DNA of 59,191 nt, from positions 1 through 59,191 of the forward strand of contig CAVUHW010000050.1 of the NCBI GenBank assembly GCA_963741205.1, given 5' to 3'. The notes under the pieces were generated by a model that was not told the DNA's origin, did no database searches, and saw only the letters and a program-made list of their open reading frames with translations. Source of the DNA: Nitrospirota bacterium (GTDB lineage: Bacteria; Nitrospirota; UBA9217). This document shows positions 13,823 to 25,219 of this stretch, piece by piece. Position numbers and translations under genes: made by a program. The stretch's first letter is position 1. Every line of letters begins with the position of its first letter.

Positions 13823-14639
13823 ATGGATCTGATACTGCTTCTCAAAGGCCTCTTTCTGGGCATCGTGGAAGGGATAACCGAGTTCATCCCCGTCTCCTCC
13901 ACGGGGCACCTGATCCTTGCAGGCGACCTCATCGGTTTCGACGACGAAAAGGCAAAGGTCTTCGAGATCGTCATCCAGCTCGGGGCGATCCTCTCGGTGG
14001 TCTGGATTTACCGGGAAAAGATTCTGAGCGTGATCCGGGGGCTTCCGGGCCGCAAAGAAGACCGCTCCCTGGCGATCAATATCTTCGTTGCCTTTCTCCC
14101 GGCGGCGTTTGTCGGCCTTGCCGACGCACAAGGCCATCAAGGCATATCTGTTCAATCCGATCACCGTAGCCGGGGCGCTCATAGCCGGTGGAATTGCGAT
14201 CCTCTTCATCGAAAAGATGGAGCACCGGCCCACGTGACGGAGACCGACGAGCATCACGCTGAAACAGGCCCTGGGCACGGGAATCGCCCAGTGCCTCGCG
14301 CTCTTTCCGGGGGTCTCCCGGTCCGGGGCCACGATCATGGGGGGGCTCCTGATAGGGTTCGACAGAAAGGTCGCCGTGGAATTTTCCTTCTTTCTCGCGA
14401 TCCCCACCATGTTTGCCGCGACCGGGTATGACCTTCTGAAAAACCTGCATGCGCTCTCCGGCGCGGACATCCCTCTTTTCGCCGTCGGTTTCATTACCGC
14501 GTTCTTTTCCGCCCTGGTTGTCGTAAAGGCGTTTCTCTCTTTCGTTTCGAAGCATGATTTTTCCGGATTTGCATACTACCGGATAGTGTTCGGCCTGATG
14601 GTCCTGGGATTTTACTGGCACAGGGGATGGAAATTCTGA
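13823..14639 (+). CDS. uppP: Undecaprenyl-diphosphatase (frameshifted)
   Basis: [44 protein letters not shown]. Confidence 0.95.
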
Positions 14640-14640
14640 C

Positions 14641-16845
14641 ATGGCCGTTTCCGCGACCAAACATAAACACTGGAACGAGATGGTCGGGCTGACCCTGCTG
14701 GCCGCCGGGCTTCTGATCAGCCTAAGCCTTATTTCCTACAGCGCGACGGACCCGAGTTTCAGCGTCTCCGGCGCAGGCCAGCCAACGAAAAATTTCATCG
14801 GCGTCATCGGCGCTTACCTTTCCGACGCCCTGCTCCGCCTCTTCGGCGTCACGGCCTATCTGTTCCCGCTCTTCATGTTCGGCTACGGCGTGTTCTTTGA
14901 GATCGGAGCGAAAGCAGAGCACCCTCTTCTCAAGAAGATCGGGGGCCTCGTCCTCTTTTTCACTTCAGCTTCGTTTCTCTCGCTCCAAGGCGATACTGCC
15001 CGACTCTTCGGGGAGGTCGTCCCCTCGGGCGGAATGCTCGGCAGCCTCATCTCGCACCTGCTCGTCTCCGGTTTTTCCGCCGCGGGCTCCTACATCATCA
15101 CCGTGACCGCGCTCATCATCTCGCTGATGCTGCTCACGCCCTTTTCTCCGCTCAAAATGCTAGCCTGTCTCCGCGCCGTCTACGGGCGGCTCTCGGACCA
15201 GACGGACCTGCTCATCGAACATCTACCGTGGACGCAGGGAGAAGGCCCGGGAGGCGAAGCAGCAGCGGCTGGAGCAGCCCAGGGAGAAGCCGGTGATCGT
15301 CGAATCTCAGAAAACTCAGGCGCCGGCCCAGCCGAAGATCGTAAGACCGGAAAAGCCTGCAAAAGCTGTTCAACAGAGCCTGCCCGGCATGGAAAGCGGC
15401 GGCAAGGGGTCCTACGAGCTTCCGTCGCTTGATCTCCTCGACCCGCTGCCGCCGGTCACCAAGAAGGTTTCGAAAGAGGACATGCTGGCACAGTCGGAGC
15501 TCTTGCAGCATAAGCTCCTGGACTTCGACATCCAGGGCCGGGTGACCCAGGTCTACCCAGGGCCAGTGGTGACCATGTTCGAGTTCGAGCCCGCACCCGG
15601 CGTGAAGGTGAGCAGGATCGTGAACCTCTCGGACGACCTGGCGCTTGCCATGAAGGCGTCGTCGGTCCGCATCGTCGCGCCCCTGCCCGGCAAGGCCGCT
15701 GTCGGCATCGAGGTGCCGAACAACACGCGCGAGACCGTGTATTTCCGCCAGATCCTCGAAACGCCGGAGTACCAGGCCAACAAGTCGAGGCTCAAGATCC
15801 CCCTGGGCAAGGATATCTTCGGTCAATCGGTGATCGCCTCCATCGACAGGATGCCGCACCTCCTGGTGGCGGGGGCCACCGGCTCCGGAAAGAGCGTGGC
15901 CATCAATTCCATCATCCTGGCCCTTCTGTATAATGCCCGTCCGAGCGAGGTCAGGCTCGCGCTGGTGGACCCGAAGATGCTGGAGCTCTCGATGTACGAA
16001 GGCATCCCCCACCTGCTGTCGCCGGTCGTCACGCAGCCCAAGAAGGCCGCCGAGACCCTCCGGGCGATCGTGGCCGAGATGGAGCGCAGATACCGCACGC
16101 TCGCGGAAAAGGGAAACAAGAACATCGATTCCTACAACAAGGCGGTGCCCGGAGGCGGAACGTCTCCCCTACATCGTGGTGATCATCGACGAGCTGGCGG
16201 ACCTCATGATGACGGTCCAGCGGGAGGTCGAGGACTCGATCATGCGCCTCGCCCAGATGGCCAGGGCCGCGGGCATCCACCTGATCGTGGCCACCCAGCG
16301 GCCGAGCGTGGACGTGATCACCGGCCTCATCAAGGCGAACCTGCCGTCAAGGATTTCCTTCCAGGTGTCCTCCAAGACCGACTCGCGCACGATCCTCGAC
16401 GCGAACGGCGCGGAGAACCTTTTAGGCATGGGCGACATGCTCTATCTCCCCCCGGCCTCGTCCCACATAGTCCGGGTCCACGGCTGCTACGTTTCGGAAG
16501 CGGAGATCAAGACGCGTCGTCGAGTTCGTCAAGAAGCAGGGCAAGCCCAACTTCGATATGCTGCAGCAGAGGGTCAAGGAAGTGGACGAAGCGAAGGCTG
16601 CTGCCGTAGAAGACAGCGAGCGGGATGAAGAGTATATGCGCGCCGTCGATCTCGTCCAGCAGAACGGCAAGGCCTCCACGTCGTTCCTGCAGCGCCACCT
16701 CCGCGTAGGCTACAACCGCGCCGCCCGCATGATCGAGATGATGGAAAAAGACGGCATTGTCAGCCCCGCGGACGGGGCCAAGCCCCGGAAGGTCCTCGTC
16801 GGAAGGAACATGGACGGGACGACGAGGAACCTGGACGATTTGTAA
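14641..16845 (+). CDS. ftsK: DNA translocase FtsK (frameshifted)
   Basis: 4TM N-terminus, [38 protein letters not shown], gamma domain GYNRAAR. Confidence 0.96.
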
Positions 16846-17008
16846 GCTTGTCCAAAGAACCGGTTACTTCCACTTATCAATCCTTATATCTACAAGGACA
16901 GCATCTGCCGGTATAGGCATGTACATACCGACAGCGGCTTGCTCCCATACATAGATGCCGGCTTCTCACTACGTAACACTGGTTGGACAGTAAGGAAAGG
17001 GAGGAAAT

Positions 17009-17437
17009 ATGGCAGACATCCGTCATAGAGTTGGGATCAAGGCAGCACCCGGGAAGGTTTATAAAGCCATCAGTACCATCGAAGGCCTTCGTCATTGGTG
17101 GGTATCGGAGACGGCAGGCGAGTCCAAGCAGGGAGGCGTGATTCTTTTCGGATTCACGGACATGAAGGTTGTGGCCTTGCGTCGCAATAAGCTCGTGAAA
17201 TGGAAATGCGTGAGGGGTCCGAAAGAATGGGTGGGTACTGACATAACCTTTGAACTGAAATACAAAGACAACCAAACATTCGTCATCTTTACGCACGCCA
17301 ATTGGAAGAAACCGGTGGAGTTCATGCACCATTGCAGTACCAAGTGGGCCACCTTCCTGCTCAGCATGAAAGACTGGCTGGAGCGTAGCGAGGGTCGACC
17401 CGTGCCGTATGACGTGAAAATTCATGTTGGGGATTGA
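17009..17437 (+). CDS. SRPBCC/AHSA1-like domain protein (cassette-like)
   Basis: IRHRVGI..VYKAISTIEGLRHWW, GPKEWVGT, HCSTKWATFL. Confidence 0.88.
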   Translation: MADIRHRVGIKAAPGKVYKAISTIEGLRHWWVSETAGESKQGGVILFGFTDMKVVALRRNKLVKWKCVRGPKEWVGTDITFELKYKDNQTFVIFTHANWKKPVEFMHHCSTKWATFLLSMKDWLERSEGRPVPYDVKIHVGD

Positions 17438-17467
17438 AGACAATTTCCTCAAGCGGGAATTCTGACC

Positions 17468-17522
17468 GTCCAATCCGAGCATCCAGGAGACGTTTGAAAG
17501 CGCTCACCGCTGGGCGTTGAGC
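17468..17522 (+). other. Degenerate attC-like site closing the SRPBCC cassette
   Basis: GTCCAAT (near complement of GTTGGAC at 16982) ... CTCACCGCTGGGC-GTTGAGC. Confidence 0.45.
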
Positions 17523-17564
17523 AAGTGAACATAAAATAAATTTTTGATAGATGAGGAGCGACGA

Positions 17565-18053
17565 ATGGATGCTTGTCCCTGCGGTTCGAAGATGGCGTAT
17601 GCGGAATGCTGCCGGCCGCTGATATCCGGCGAGAAGCGGGCGGAGACTGCGGAGCAGGTCATGCGAGCCCGGTATAGCGCCTATGTCATGAAGGAAATGG
17701 AGTATGTCCTCACCTCCCTGCATCCCGAGCACCGGTCGGACTATGATGAAAAAAGCAGCCGCGCCTGGGCGGAGCGGACAGAGTGGCACGGCATTGAAAT
17801 TCACAATACCGTAAACGGCGGACCGGATGACTACGAAGGCCAGGTTGAATTCACCGTATCGTTCACGGAGAACGGGCGCAAACAGGAACATCACGAAAGG
17901 TCCACCTTCAGGAAGGACAACGGCATCTGGTTTTTCGAAACAGGGAAAGTACTTCCCCCCAAGCAGGTCGTCCGCACGGCTCCCAAAGCAGGCAGGAACG
18001 ATCCCTGCCCCTGCGGCAGCGGCAGGAAGTTCAAGAAATGCTGCGGGAAATAA
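17565..18053 (+). CDS. ychJ: YchJ family SEC-C motif protein
   Basis: [43 protein letters not shown]. Confidence 0.9.
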   Translation: MDACPCGSKMAYAECCRPLISGEKRAETAEQVMRARYSAYVMKEMEYVLTSLHPEHRSDYDEKSSRAWAERTEWHGIEIHNTVNGGPDDYEGQVEFTVSFTENGRKQEHHERSTFRKDNGIWFFETGKVLPPKQVVRTAPKAGRNDPCPCGSGRKFKKCCGK

Positions 18054-18073
18054 ATTGTAACGAAGGAGTTCCC

Positions 18074-18400
18074 ATGTTCCGGCAACATGACGATGACGGC
18101 TATATAGATGTCCTGGATAAAATCCGACGAAAGACGCTGGTGTACGGCGAAAAGACACTTCTGACGGAATTCAGACTCGCAAAGGGGGCTGTACTGCCTG
18201 AGCACAGCCATGCTCATGAGCAGACGGGTTACCTCGTGTCAGGCAGGATGGATCTTACAATCGGTGATAAAACGCACCGGGTCGATCCCGGCGGAAGCTG
18301 GTGCATTCCGGGCAATGTAGCGCACCGCGCAATCGCCCATGAGGATTCCGTGGCGATTGAAATCTTTTCGCCGGTCCGGGAAGATTATATTCCGCGTTAG
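18074..18400 (+). CDS. Cupin domain protein
   Basis: [29 protein letters not shown]. Confidence 0.9.
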   Translation: MFRQHDDDGYIDVLDKIRRKTLVYGEKTLLTEFRLAKGAVLPEHSHAHEQTGYLVSGRMDLTIGDKTHRVDPGGSWCIPGNVAHRAIAHEDSVAIEIFSPVREDYIPR

Positions 18401-18510
18401 CTCCCGGATTGGACAGCAATAGCCACGGTGCCTGCAGTCTTTCAATCAATCAATGCGTTTGGCTTCGTGCTTCTCAGCCCAAACCTGCAAATACCGAAGA
18501 AGGGCCAGCT

Positions 18511-18642
18511 ATGCCGAAAGCGAATCGAGGCGGATGGAAAACATGTAGTCGCGGGCACAAATATCGCGGCGCTGAACCGTGCCCTGTTTGCTGGCCCGGC
18601 AGCACCAAGAAGAACAAGAAGAAAACCGCCGCGGGTAAATAG
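18511..18642 (+). CDS. 43-aa putative zinc-binding microprotein
   Basis: KTCSRGHKY...CPVC followed by a basic tail. Confidence 0.5.
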   Translation: MPKANRGGWKTCSRGHKYRGAEPCPVCWPGSTKKNKKKTAAGK

Positions 18643-18668
18643 CAGGGAGCTTGGGTAAAACAACGATG

Positions 18669-18702
18669 AAAAAAGAAGGGCCTGTGAAATCACAGGCCCT
18701 TC
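18669..18702 (-). terminator. Intrinsic terminator (possibly bidirectional)
   Basis: GAAGGGCCTGTG-AAAT-CACAGGCCCTTC perfect 12-bp stem with a T tract on the minus strand. Confidence 0.85.
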
Positions 18703-18706
18703 GATG

Positions 18707-19576
18707 TTACAACGGGAATATTTTATTGTTTCTTTTTCTTTGGCGCTTGCTTGGGCGCTTGTTGGGCGCTTCCGGCGTTGTTGTCACAGGCCAGTTATTC
18801 AGGTCGTGGGCAATGTTATGGCACTCGCCGCATCTCGGGAACTTGGCCATAATGCCGGCGGGATGCGGTGAACCATGGCAGTCCTGGCATTTGGGCACCG
18901 TCTTGTGCTTCTCCTGATGGCAGAATGCGCAGGCCAGGGCCTTGTGTTTGGCCTTGCTCGCGCTGAGAAGGCTGAGGACCTTGCCGTGACATGCGCCGCA
19001 GTCTTTAGAAGGTGTGTCGGCGGCATAGGTCACAACCAACGGCATGTGCGGCTTGTGGCATTTTTTGCAGTCTGCGGCGGTCATTTCAGCAGCGTGCGGC
19101 TTGTGGCACTGGGTGCACTGCGGGATCTTGCGGTGAACGTCATGACATTTCGAACAGTCGAGTGCGGTATGCTTGCTCTTGTATTTCTTGAGTTGCTCGA
19201 TCTGCGGCGTATGGCAGGTGAGACAAGCGTCCGTAATGTTAGGCGTAAAGGTAATGTTCAAGGGAGTATGGGGGTTCCTATGGCAGCTGAGGCAGCCTTT
19301 AAGCTCGAAGTGAGGCTTGCCCATATGGCACTGGTTGCATTGCGGGATCGGCTTCTTGACCGTTGGCGGATGACCGACGTGACAGCCCGTGCACCCGACG
19401 TCCTTGTGCTTCTTTCCGGCGGCTTCTATATCGGCAGGGGGAGCGGTATGACATTTCACACAGTCTTCGTTTGACAGATTTGACGCCGGCTGTGCCGGTG
19501 CAGCGCCTGAATAGACCAGAAACAAAGCGATAAAAAATAATACAGCCACGAGACTTCTGCTTTTTGATGCCTTCAT
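18707..19576 (-). CDS. Periplasmic 12-heme c-type cytochrome
   Basis: Signal peptide and 12 CXXCH motifs in three tetraheme repeats; true stop probably ~18723 after indel correction. Confidence 0.92.
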   Translation of the reverse strand: MKASKSRSLVAVLFFIALFLVYSGAAPAQPASNLSNEDCVKCHTAPPADIEAAGKKHKDVGCTGCHVGHPPTVKKPIPQCNQCHMGKPHFELKGCLSCHRNPHTPLNITFTPNITDACLTCHTPQIEQLKKYKSKHTALDCSKCHDVHRKIPQCTQCHKPHAAEMTAADCKKCHKPHMPLVVTYAADTPSKDCGACHGKVLSLLSASKAKHKALACAFCHQEKHKTVPKCQDCHGSPHPAGIMAKFPRCGECHNIAHDLNNWPVTTTPEAPNKRPSKRQRKRNNKIFPL

Positions 19577-19998
19577 TTTCCCTCCTCTTGAGTAATTTTT
19601 AGATGCGCTCATGATTGTCTCTCGAACGATTTACCCCGGATCAAGGAATACTGCAAAGTCAAAACGCCGGGATTATGCCATAGTTCCCCGAAACAGTCAA
19701 CGAAAAGCACGCTAAACGAAAGGACAGGCCCTTCAGGGCGACGGGATATAACGCCGTTCGAATTGCTTGGGCAGAAAACACTGACTGAAAATGATCAAAA
19801 GACGCAAAATAGTCCATTCAAAGTGCACCCGCTGGTCTTCACCCTCACCGCTAACCTCGTCTAAACAAAAGGATTCTTCAGTGAGATCAGCCCGGCATTT
19901 ATATTGCTACTTATTGAAATGTCCAGCTAACTCCGTTGGAGAGCAAGTTAATACCATTGTCCCTGCGCTGAGACGAATATGCTCAAAGGGAGATTATC

Positions 19999-21481
19999 AT
20001 GAACACGTTCGGCATACGTGGGTTCAAACCATTCGGATCGGCGCTGCTTGCCATTGTCTTGCTGTCGTTTGTGACGGGCTGCGTGCAGAGTTCGATCGTA
20101 AGAAAAGATGCTTCGGAATCCGCCGTGAACTGACAGGGATGATTCCTCTCCGCGCATTCTCGACCCGCTCTACAACGCAGGCCATGTTGATCCGGGCGTA
20201 GCCCTTGATAAAACCAAGTCTCCCTTTTACCCTTCCCGGGCGCGGACGTCTGCCGAAGGAGGTCTTCTCAGCATAGATCTGTTCGATCCCCCTGAAACGT
20301 GCGGGGCCTGTCACACGGAAATTTATGCTCAGTGGAAGGGTTCAATGCATTCCAATGCCTGGCATGACCCGATATATCGCGCGCTCATGCGTTTGGCCGG
20401 CAAGGCAACCAACGGGCTGACGGACAACCTTTGCATCGGCTGCCATACCCCGGTGGGCCTTACCACCGGAGAGGCAACTCCGACAGGCGAGAAAATGAGC
20501 GAGATAGCCAACAACGGAGTGTACTGCGAGGTCTGCCATAACATTTCCGCGGCAACAGGCATCGGCAACGCCCCGTTCGTGCTCACTCCCCGCAAATACG
20601 GCCGCCCGCTCAAGTTCGGTCCCTTTAAAGACGCCCGGTCGCCCTATCATGACACCGAGTATTCCGAACTCCACACAACGTCGGCGCTTTGCGGCATCTG
20701 TCATAACGTGACGCACCCGATCAACCGCATGCCGATCGAACGCACCTATGACGAATGGAAGGACAGTCCTTATCCGGCTGAAGGGATCGGCTGTCAGGAG
20801 TGTCATATGACCCCGGGACCGGGCTATACAAAAAATCCGGGCCGGGCGGCGATCATGGGCCCGATGCGCGAGCATATTTTTACGCACTACTTCGTCGGAG
20901 GAAATACGCTGTTGCCGGCTTTGTTCGGATCTGAAAAACATGCAAAACTGGCGACGGAAATGCTGCAGGGCGCGGCCAAAATGGAAATTCTCTCCGTGCG
21001 GAACCTGCGCCCCGGCGGCCTTGCCACGGTGGACATCCGGGTCAGCAATACCGGCGCGGGGCACAAGCTGCCGACGGGATTTCCCGAAGGGCGGGAAATG
21101 TGGATAGATTTCAGCGTCCTCGATGATAACGGGAAGGTCCTCTACCGGCTGGGCAAAATCGACAGCGAAGGGCATTTGGACCCCGGAACGCACATCTTTA
21201 AAGTCACATTAGGCGACGATGACGGCAACAAGATCGAGCTCGAACTGTGGAAGGCAACGCGGATCTTGTACGACACCCGGATCCTTCCGCGAGGGTCTGC
21301 TGATGTCAGTTTTGATTTCCTTGTTCCCGAGGGTACGGAGGGAATGCTCTCCATAAACGCGGACCTCTGTTACCATTCTTTTCCCCAGCCGTTGGTGAAT
21401 TATTTGCTGGGCAGCGAGGCGCCCCAAGTGCCGACCGTCATCATGACGTCCCTGTCCGAGCAGAAAGAGCTATCGAAATGA
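19999..21481 (+). CDS. Five-heme cytochrome c lipoprotein, c554/c552-like (frameshifts in the 5' part)
   Basis: Lipobox VTGC; CGACH, CIGCH, CEVCH, CGICH, CQECH; WKGSMH and GAGHKLPTG motifs. Confidence 0.85.
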
Positions 21482-21534
21482 CGGCCGTGCCCGCCGCATA
21501 TCGTATATAATGAGAAGAGCGATGCCCTTTATGG

Positions 21535-22834
21535 ATGGAGCCGGACATGAGCAGAGATTCCAAGATCAGACTGTTTGACTTGGTTGCATGCCTTTCGGAC
21601 GCCATGGACTTTATCGATCCGGCCGTGGTGAGCCATCACAAACAGGTTGCGTCCATAGCTTGCCGTATCGGGATGGAAATGGCCCTCCCGCCCGCCGAAC
21701 TGAAAGAAATCGTCCTTGCAGGCGCCCTGCACGACATCGGGGCTTTTTCGCTGAAGGAAAGAAGGGATATCCTGGCCTTTGAAATGGAAAATCCCCATCC
21801 CCATGCCGAAAAAGGTTATGCCCTGCTCAGGTTTTTTAAGCCCCTGGCCAATGTACGCCCCCATGATACGATTCCATCATCTTCCCTGGAATCACGGCAG
21901 CGGCGCGGAGTTCAACGGCCGAGCAGGTCCCGTTCGGCAGCCATATCTTACACCTTGCCGACCGCGTAGCCGTGCTCATTCAAAAAAAAGACGAAGTGCT
22001 CAGCCAGGTTCCCTCTATTTGCAGGAGGATCAGGGAAGAAGCGGACAAGATGTTCATGCCGGACGTTGTCGATGCCTTCAACAATCTTGCGTCAAAAGAG
22101 TATTTCTGGCTGGATATCATGTCCCCCTCGCTTCAGACGGGTTTCTCGCAAACGTTCAAGCAGGCGACAATCGGCCTGACCTCTGAAGACATGGTGAGTT
22201 TTTCCCGGTTATTTTCGAGGATCATCGATTTCAAAAGTTCATTCACGGCGACCCACTCCAGCGGGGTGTCGGCCGTTGCGGTACGGTTGTCACGGCTGCT
22301 CGGTTTTACCGAAGCTGACTGCCGTCTCATGCAGATCGCGGGATATCTTCATGATCTGGGCAAGCTCGCTGTCCCATCGGAGATCCTTGAGAAGCCTCTT
22401 CCGGGCTTCAGGATAATGAGTTTAACGTCATCCGGCATCATACCTATTATACCTATCGCATCCTCGAAACAATTCCTCAATTCCAGGTCATCAATAAATG
22501 GGCCTCGTTTCACCATGAACGCCTTGACGGCTCCGGTTATCCTTTTCACCTGACGTCAAAGGACCTTCCCCGCGGGTCTCAGGTCATGGCGGTGTCGGAT
22601 GTCTTCACCGCCATAACCGAAAACCGCCCGTACCGGCCGGGGATGACAAAAATAAGCGCGATCAAGGTCCTTGATCGTATGGCCCGGGGTTCGGCCCTCA
22701 GCAAGGAGATTGTAGCCGTGCTGAAGGCCAATTATGACGAAATAAATTCCACCCGGATGCATGCGCAGGCTTCCGCTTCGACGGATTATGAATGCCTCAC
22801 CGAGCAGTGCCATCGTGTTTTCAATGAAGCCTGA
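21535..22834 (+). CDS. Tandem HD / HD-GYP domain phosphodiesterase (frameshifted)
   Basis: LHDIG, THSSGV, LHDLGK, HHERLDGSGYP, DVFTAITENRPYR. Confidence 0.88.
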
Positions 22835-22887
22835 GGAAGGATGCATGATTCAATCCGGGACATCGTGTCCCCAGCATAGCATTCTCG

Positions 22888-24269
22888 ATGTACAAGCATA
22901 CAATCGGCCACAAAACATATCTTTTTAAGGATCTAAAAACCCTGCTCGCCAAGGCAAGCCCGGAACGGTCCGGGGACCGCCTTGCGGGAATAGCCGCGGA
23001 GTCCCATGAAGAACGAGCGGCGGCGCAGCTTGCGCTCTCGGACGTTCCCCTGGCGAAATTTCTGGAAGAGCTGATCATTCCCTACGAGAAGGATGAAGTC
23101 ACCCGCCTCATCATCGACAGCCACGACAAAGAGGCGTTCAAGCCGGTAAGCCATCTTACGGTCGGGGATTTCAGAAACTGGCTGCTCGGAAACGAGGTGG
23201 ATACGCCTGTCCTGCAGGCCCTCTCCCCGGGCCTCACCCCTGAAATGGCTGCCGCGGTCTCAAAAATCATGAGCCTGCAGGACCTGATATGCCGTTTCCA
23301 GGAAATGCAGGGTCGTAACCAGGTTCAGAAATACCATCGGCCTGGAAGGCCGCTTGTCCGTCAGGCTCCAGCCCAACCACCCCACGGACGACCCGAAGGG
23401 AATCGCCGCGAGCATCCTGGACGGACTTTTTTACGGCGCGGGCGACGCGGTCATCGGGATCAATCCCGCGACCGACAATATCGGAAATGCGATTCTCCTT
23501 TTGGAGATGCTCGATTCGCTCAGAGAGAAGTACGCCATTCCCGTCCAGTCCTGCGTCCTTGCCCACGTTACGACGACGATGGAGGCAATAAAGCGCAAGG
23601 CGCCCGTGGACCTGGTCTTTCAATCCATCGGGGGAACGGAGGCCGTCAATAAAAGTTTCGGCGTCCATCTCGCGATGCTCGAAGAGGCCCGTCACATGGC
23701 CCTGGAACTGAAGAGGGGCACGCTCGGCGACAACGTCATGTATTTCGAGACCGGCCAGGGAAGCGCGCTCTCCGCAAACGCGCACCACGGCGCGGACCAG
23801 CAGACCCTGGAGGCGAGGGCCTACGGCGTCGCAAGAAAATTCAAGCCCATGCTCGATCAACACGGTCGTCGGTTTTATCGGCCCCGAATACCTGTACAAC
23901 GGCAAGCAGATCACCCGCGCCGGACTGGAAGACCACTTCTGCGGAAAATTGCTCGGGCTTCCCATGGGCGCGGACGTCTGCTACACGAATCACGCCGACG
24001 CCGACCAGGACGACATGGACGGTCTTCTGACCCTGCTCGGGGTGGCCGGCTGCAATTACATCATGGGCGTGCCCGGCGCGGACGACATCATGCTCGGTTA
24101 TCAGAGCACCTCCTTTCATGATGCCCTGTATCTCCGAAAGGTGCTGGGCCTCCGGCCTGCCCCGGAATTCGAGGAGTGGCTCGTAAAGATGAACATCGTG
24201 GACTCGAACCTGCTGCCGAAAACCCCGTTGCCGAATCATCATCTCCTGGATTACCTGGGGAGTATATAA
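22888..24269 (+). CDS. eutB: Ethanolamine ammonia-lyase large subunit (frameshifted)
   Basis: RSGDRLAG, RLQPNHPTDD, YFETGQGSALS, DVCYTNH, YQSTSFHD. Confidence 0.96.
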
Positions 24270-24286
24270 AATTTCGCAGCAATGAT

Positions 24287-24429
24287 TGTCATTCCCGCCG
24301 CGAAACTTGTCCTCGAATGATATAATCGGGGAGCGGGAATCCAATAGCTTTTTCCGGGTTAAATTCAAAACTTGTCCTCGAATGGTTCAATCGGGGATGG
24401 ATTCCCGATGGATGCATTCGGGAATGACA
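24287..24429. repeat. GTCATTCCCG/GGGAATGAC REP-like palindromic element with a duplicated 30-bp insert
   Basis: TGTCATTCCCG..GCGGGAATCC ... GGATTCCCG..CGGGAATGACA; direct repeat at 24303-24332 and 24368-24397. Confidence 0.75.
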
Positions 24430-24454
24430 CCTTCATTCAACCGGAGGCGGCAAC

Positions 24455-25219
24455 ATGAAAAACGTTAATGATGATCCTTGGACATCGCTGCGGAAGTATA
24501 CGAAGGCCAGAATAGCATTGGGCAGGGCCGGCATTGCGCTCACGACCGCGGAACTGCTCAGGTTCAGAATGGACCACGCGCGGGCGCGGGATGCGGTATT
24601 ACAAGACATGGACCCGGTCGCGGTCAGAACGTCGCTGGAAAAATATCATATGCCTATCGTTGAATTGACGACACAGGCACAAGATCGAAACGAGTATATC
24701 CACAGGCCCGATCTCGGCAGGAGGCTGTCCCCGGAATCAGTCACGCTTCTCACAAAATATCGAGGGGAATACGATATTGCTCTCGTGATCGCCGACGGTC
24801 TTTCGGGGAAGGCAATAGAAACGAACCTTGTGCCGTTTCTTGATGTGCTCCTGCCTCACCTGGGGGACGCGCACTATACGCTCTCGCCTTTCTGCATCGT
24901 CCGGCAGGGCAGAGTGGCCGTCAGCGACGAAATCGGGGGCATCCTCAAGGCGAAGTTGAGCGTGATCATGATCGGCGAAAGACCGGGACTCAGTTCGCCC
25001 GACAGCATGGGGATCTATATAACCTACGGCCCAGAGCCGGGGCTGACCGACGAACGGAGAAATTGCATATCAAACATCAGGCCCGACGGCCTTGCCTATT
25101 CCACCGCCGCCTTAAAGCTCGGGTATTTTATCAGGGAATCCGTTCGTTTGAAACTTTCCGGCGTGAAGTTGAAAGACGATGAAGATCATGACCGGGTTCG
25201 CTTGATTAATCCAGGGTAA
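24455..25219 (+). CDS. eutC: Ethanolamine ammonia-lyase small subunit
   Basis: ARIALGRAG, DHARARDAV, RPDLGRRL, IGERPGLS, RNCISNI. Confidence 0.96.
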   Translation: MKNVNDDPWTSLRKYTKARIALGRAGIALTTAELLRFRMDHARARDAVLQDMDPVAVRTSLEKYHMPIVELTTQAQDRNEYIHRPDLGRRLSPESVTLLTKYRGEYDIALVIADGLSGKAIETNLVPFLDVLLPHLGDAHYTLSPFCIVRQGRVAVSDEIGGILKAKLSVIMIGERPGLSSPDSMGIYITYGPEPGLTDERRNCISNIRPDGLAYSTAALKLGYFIRESVRLKLSGVKLKDDEDHDRVRLINPG

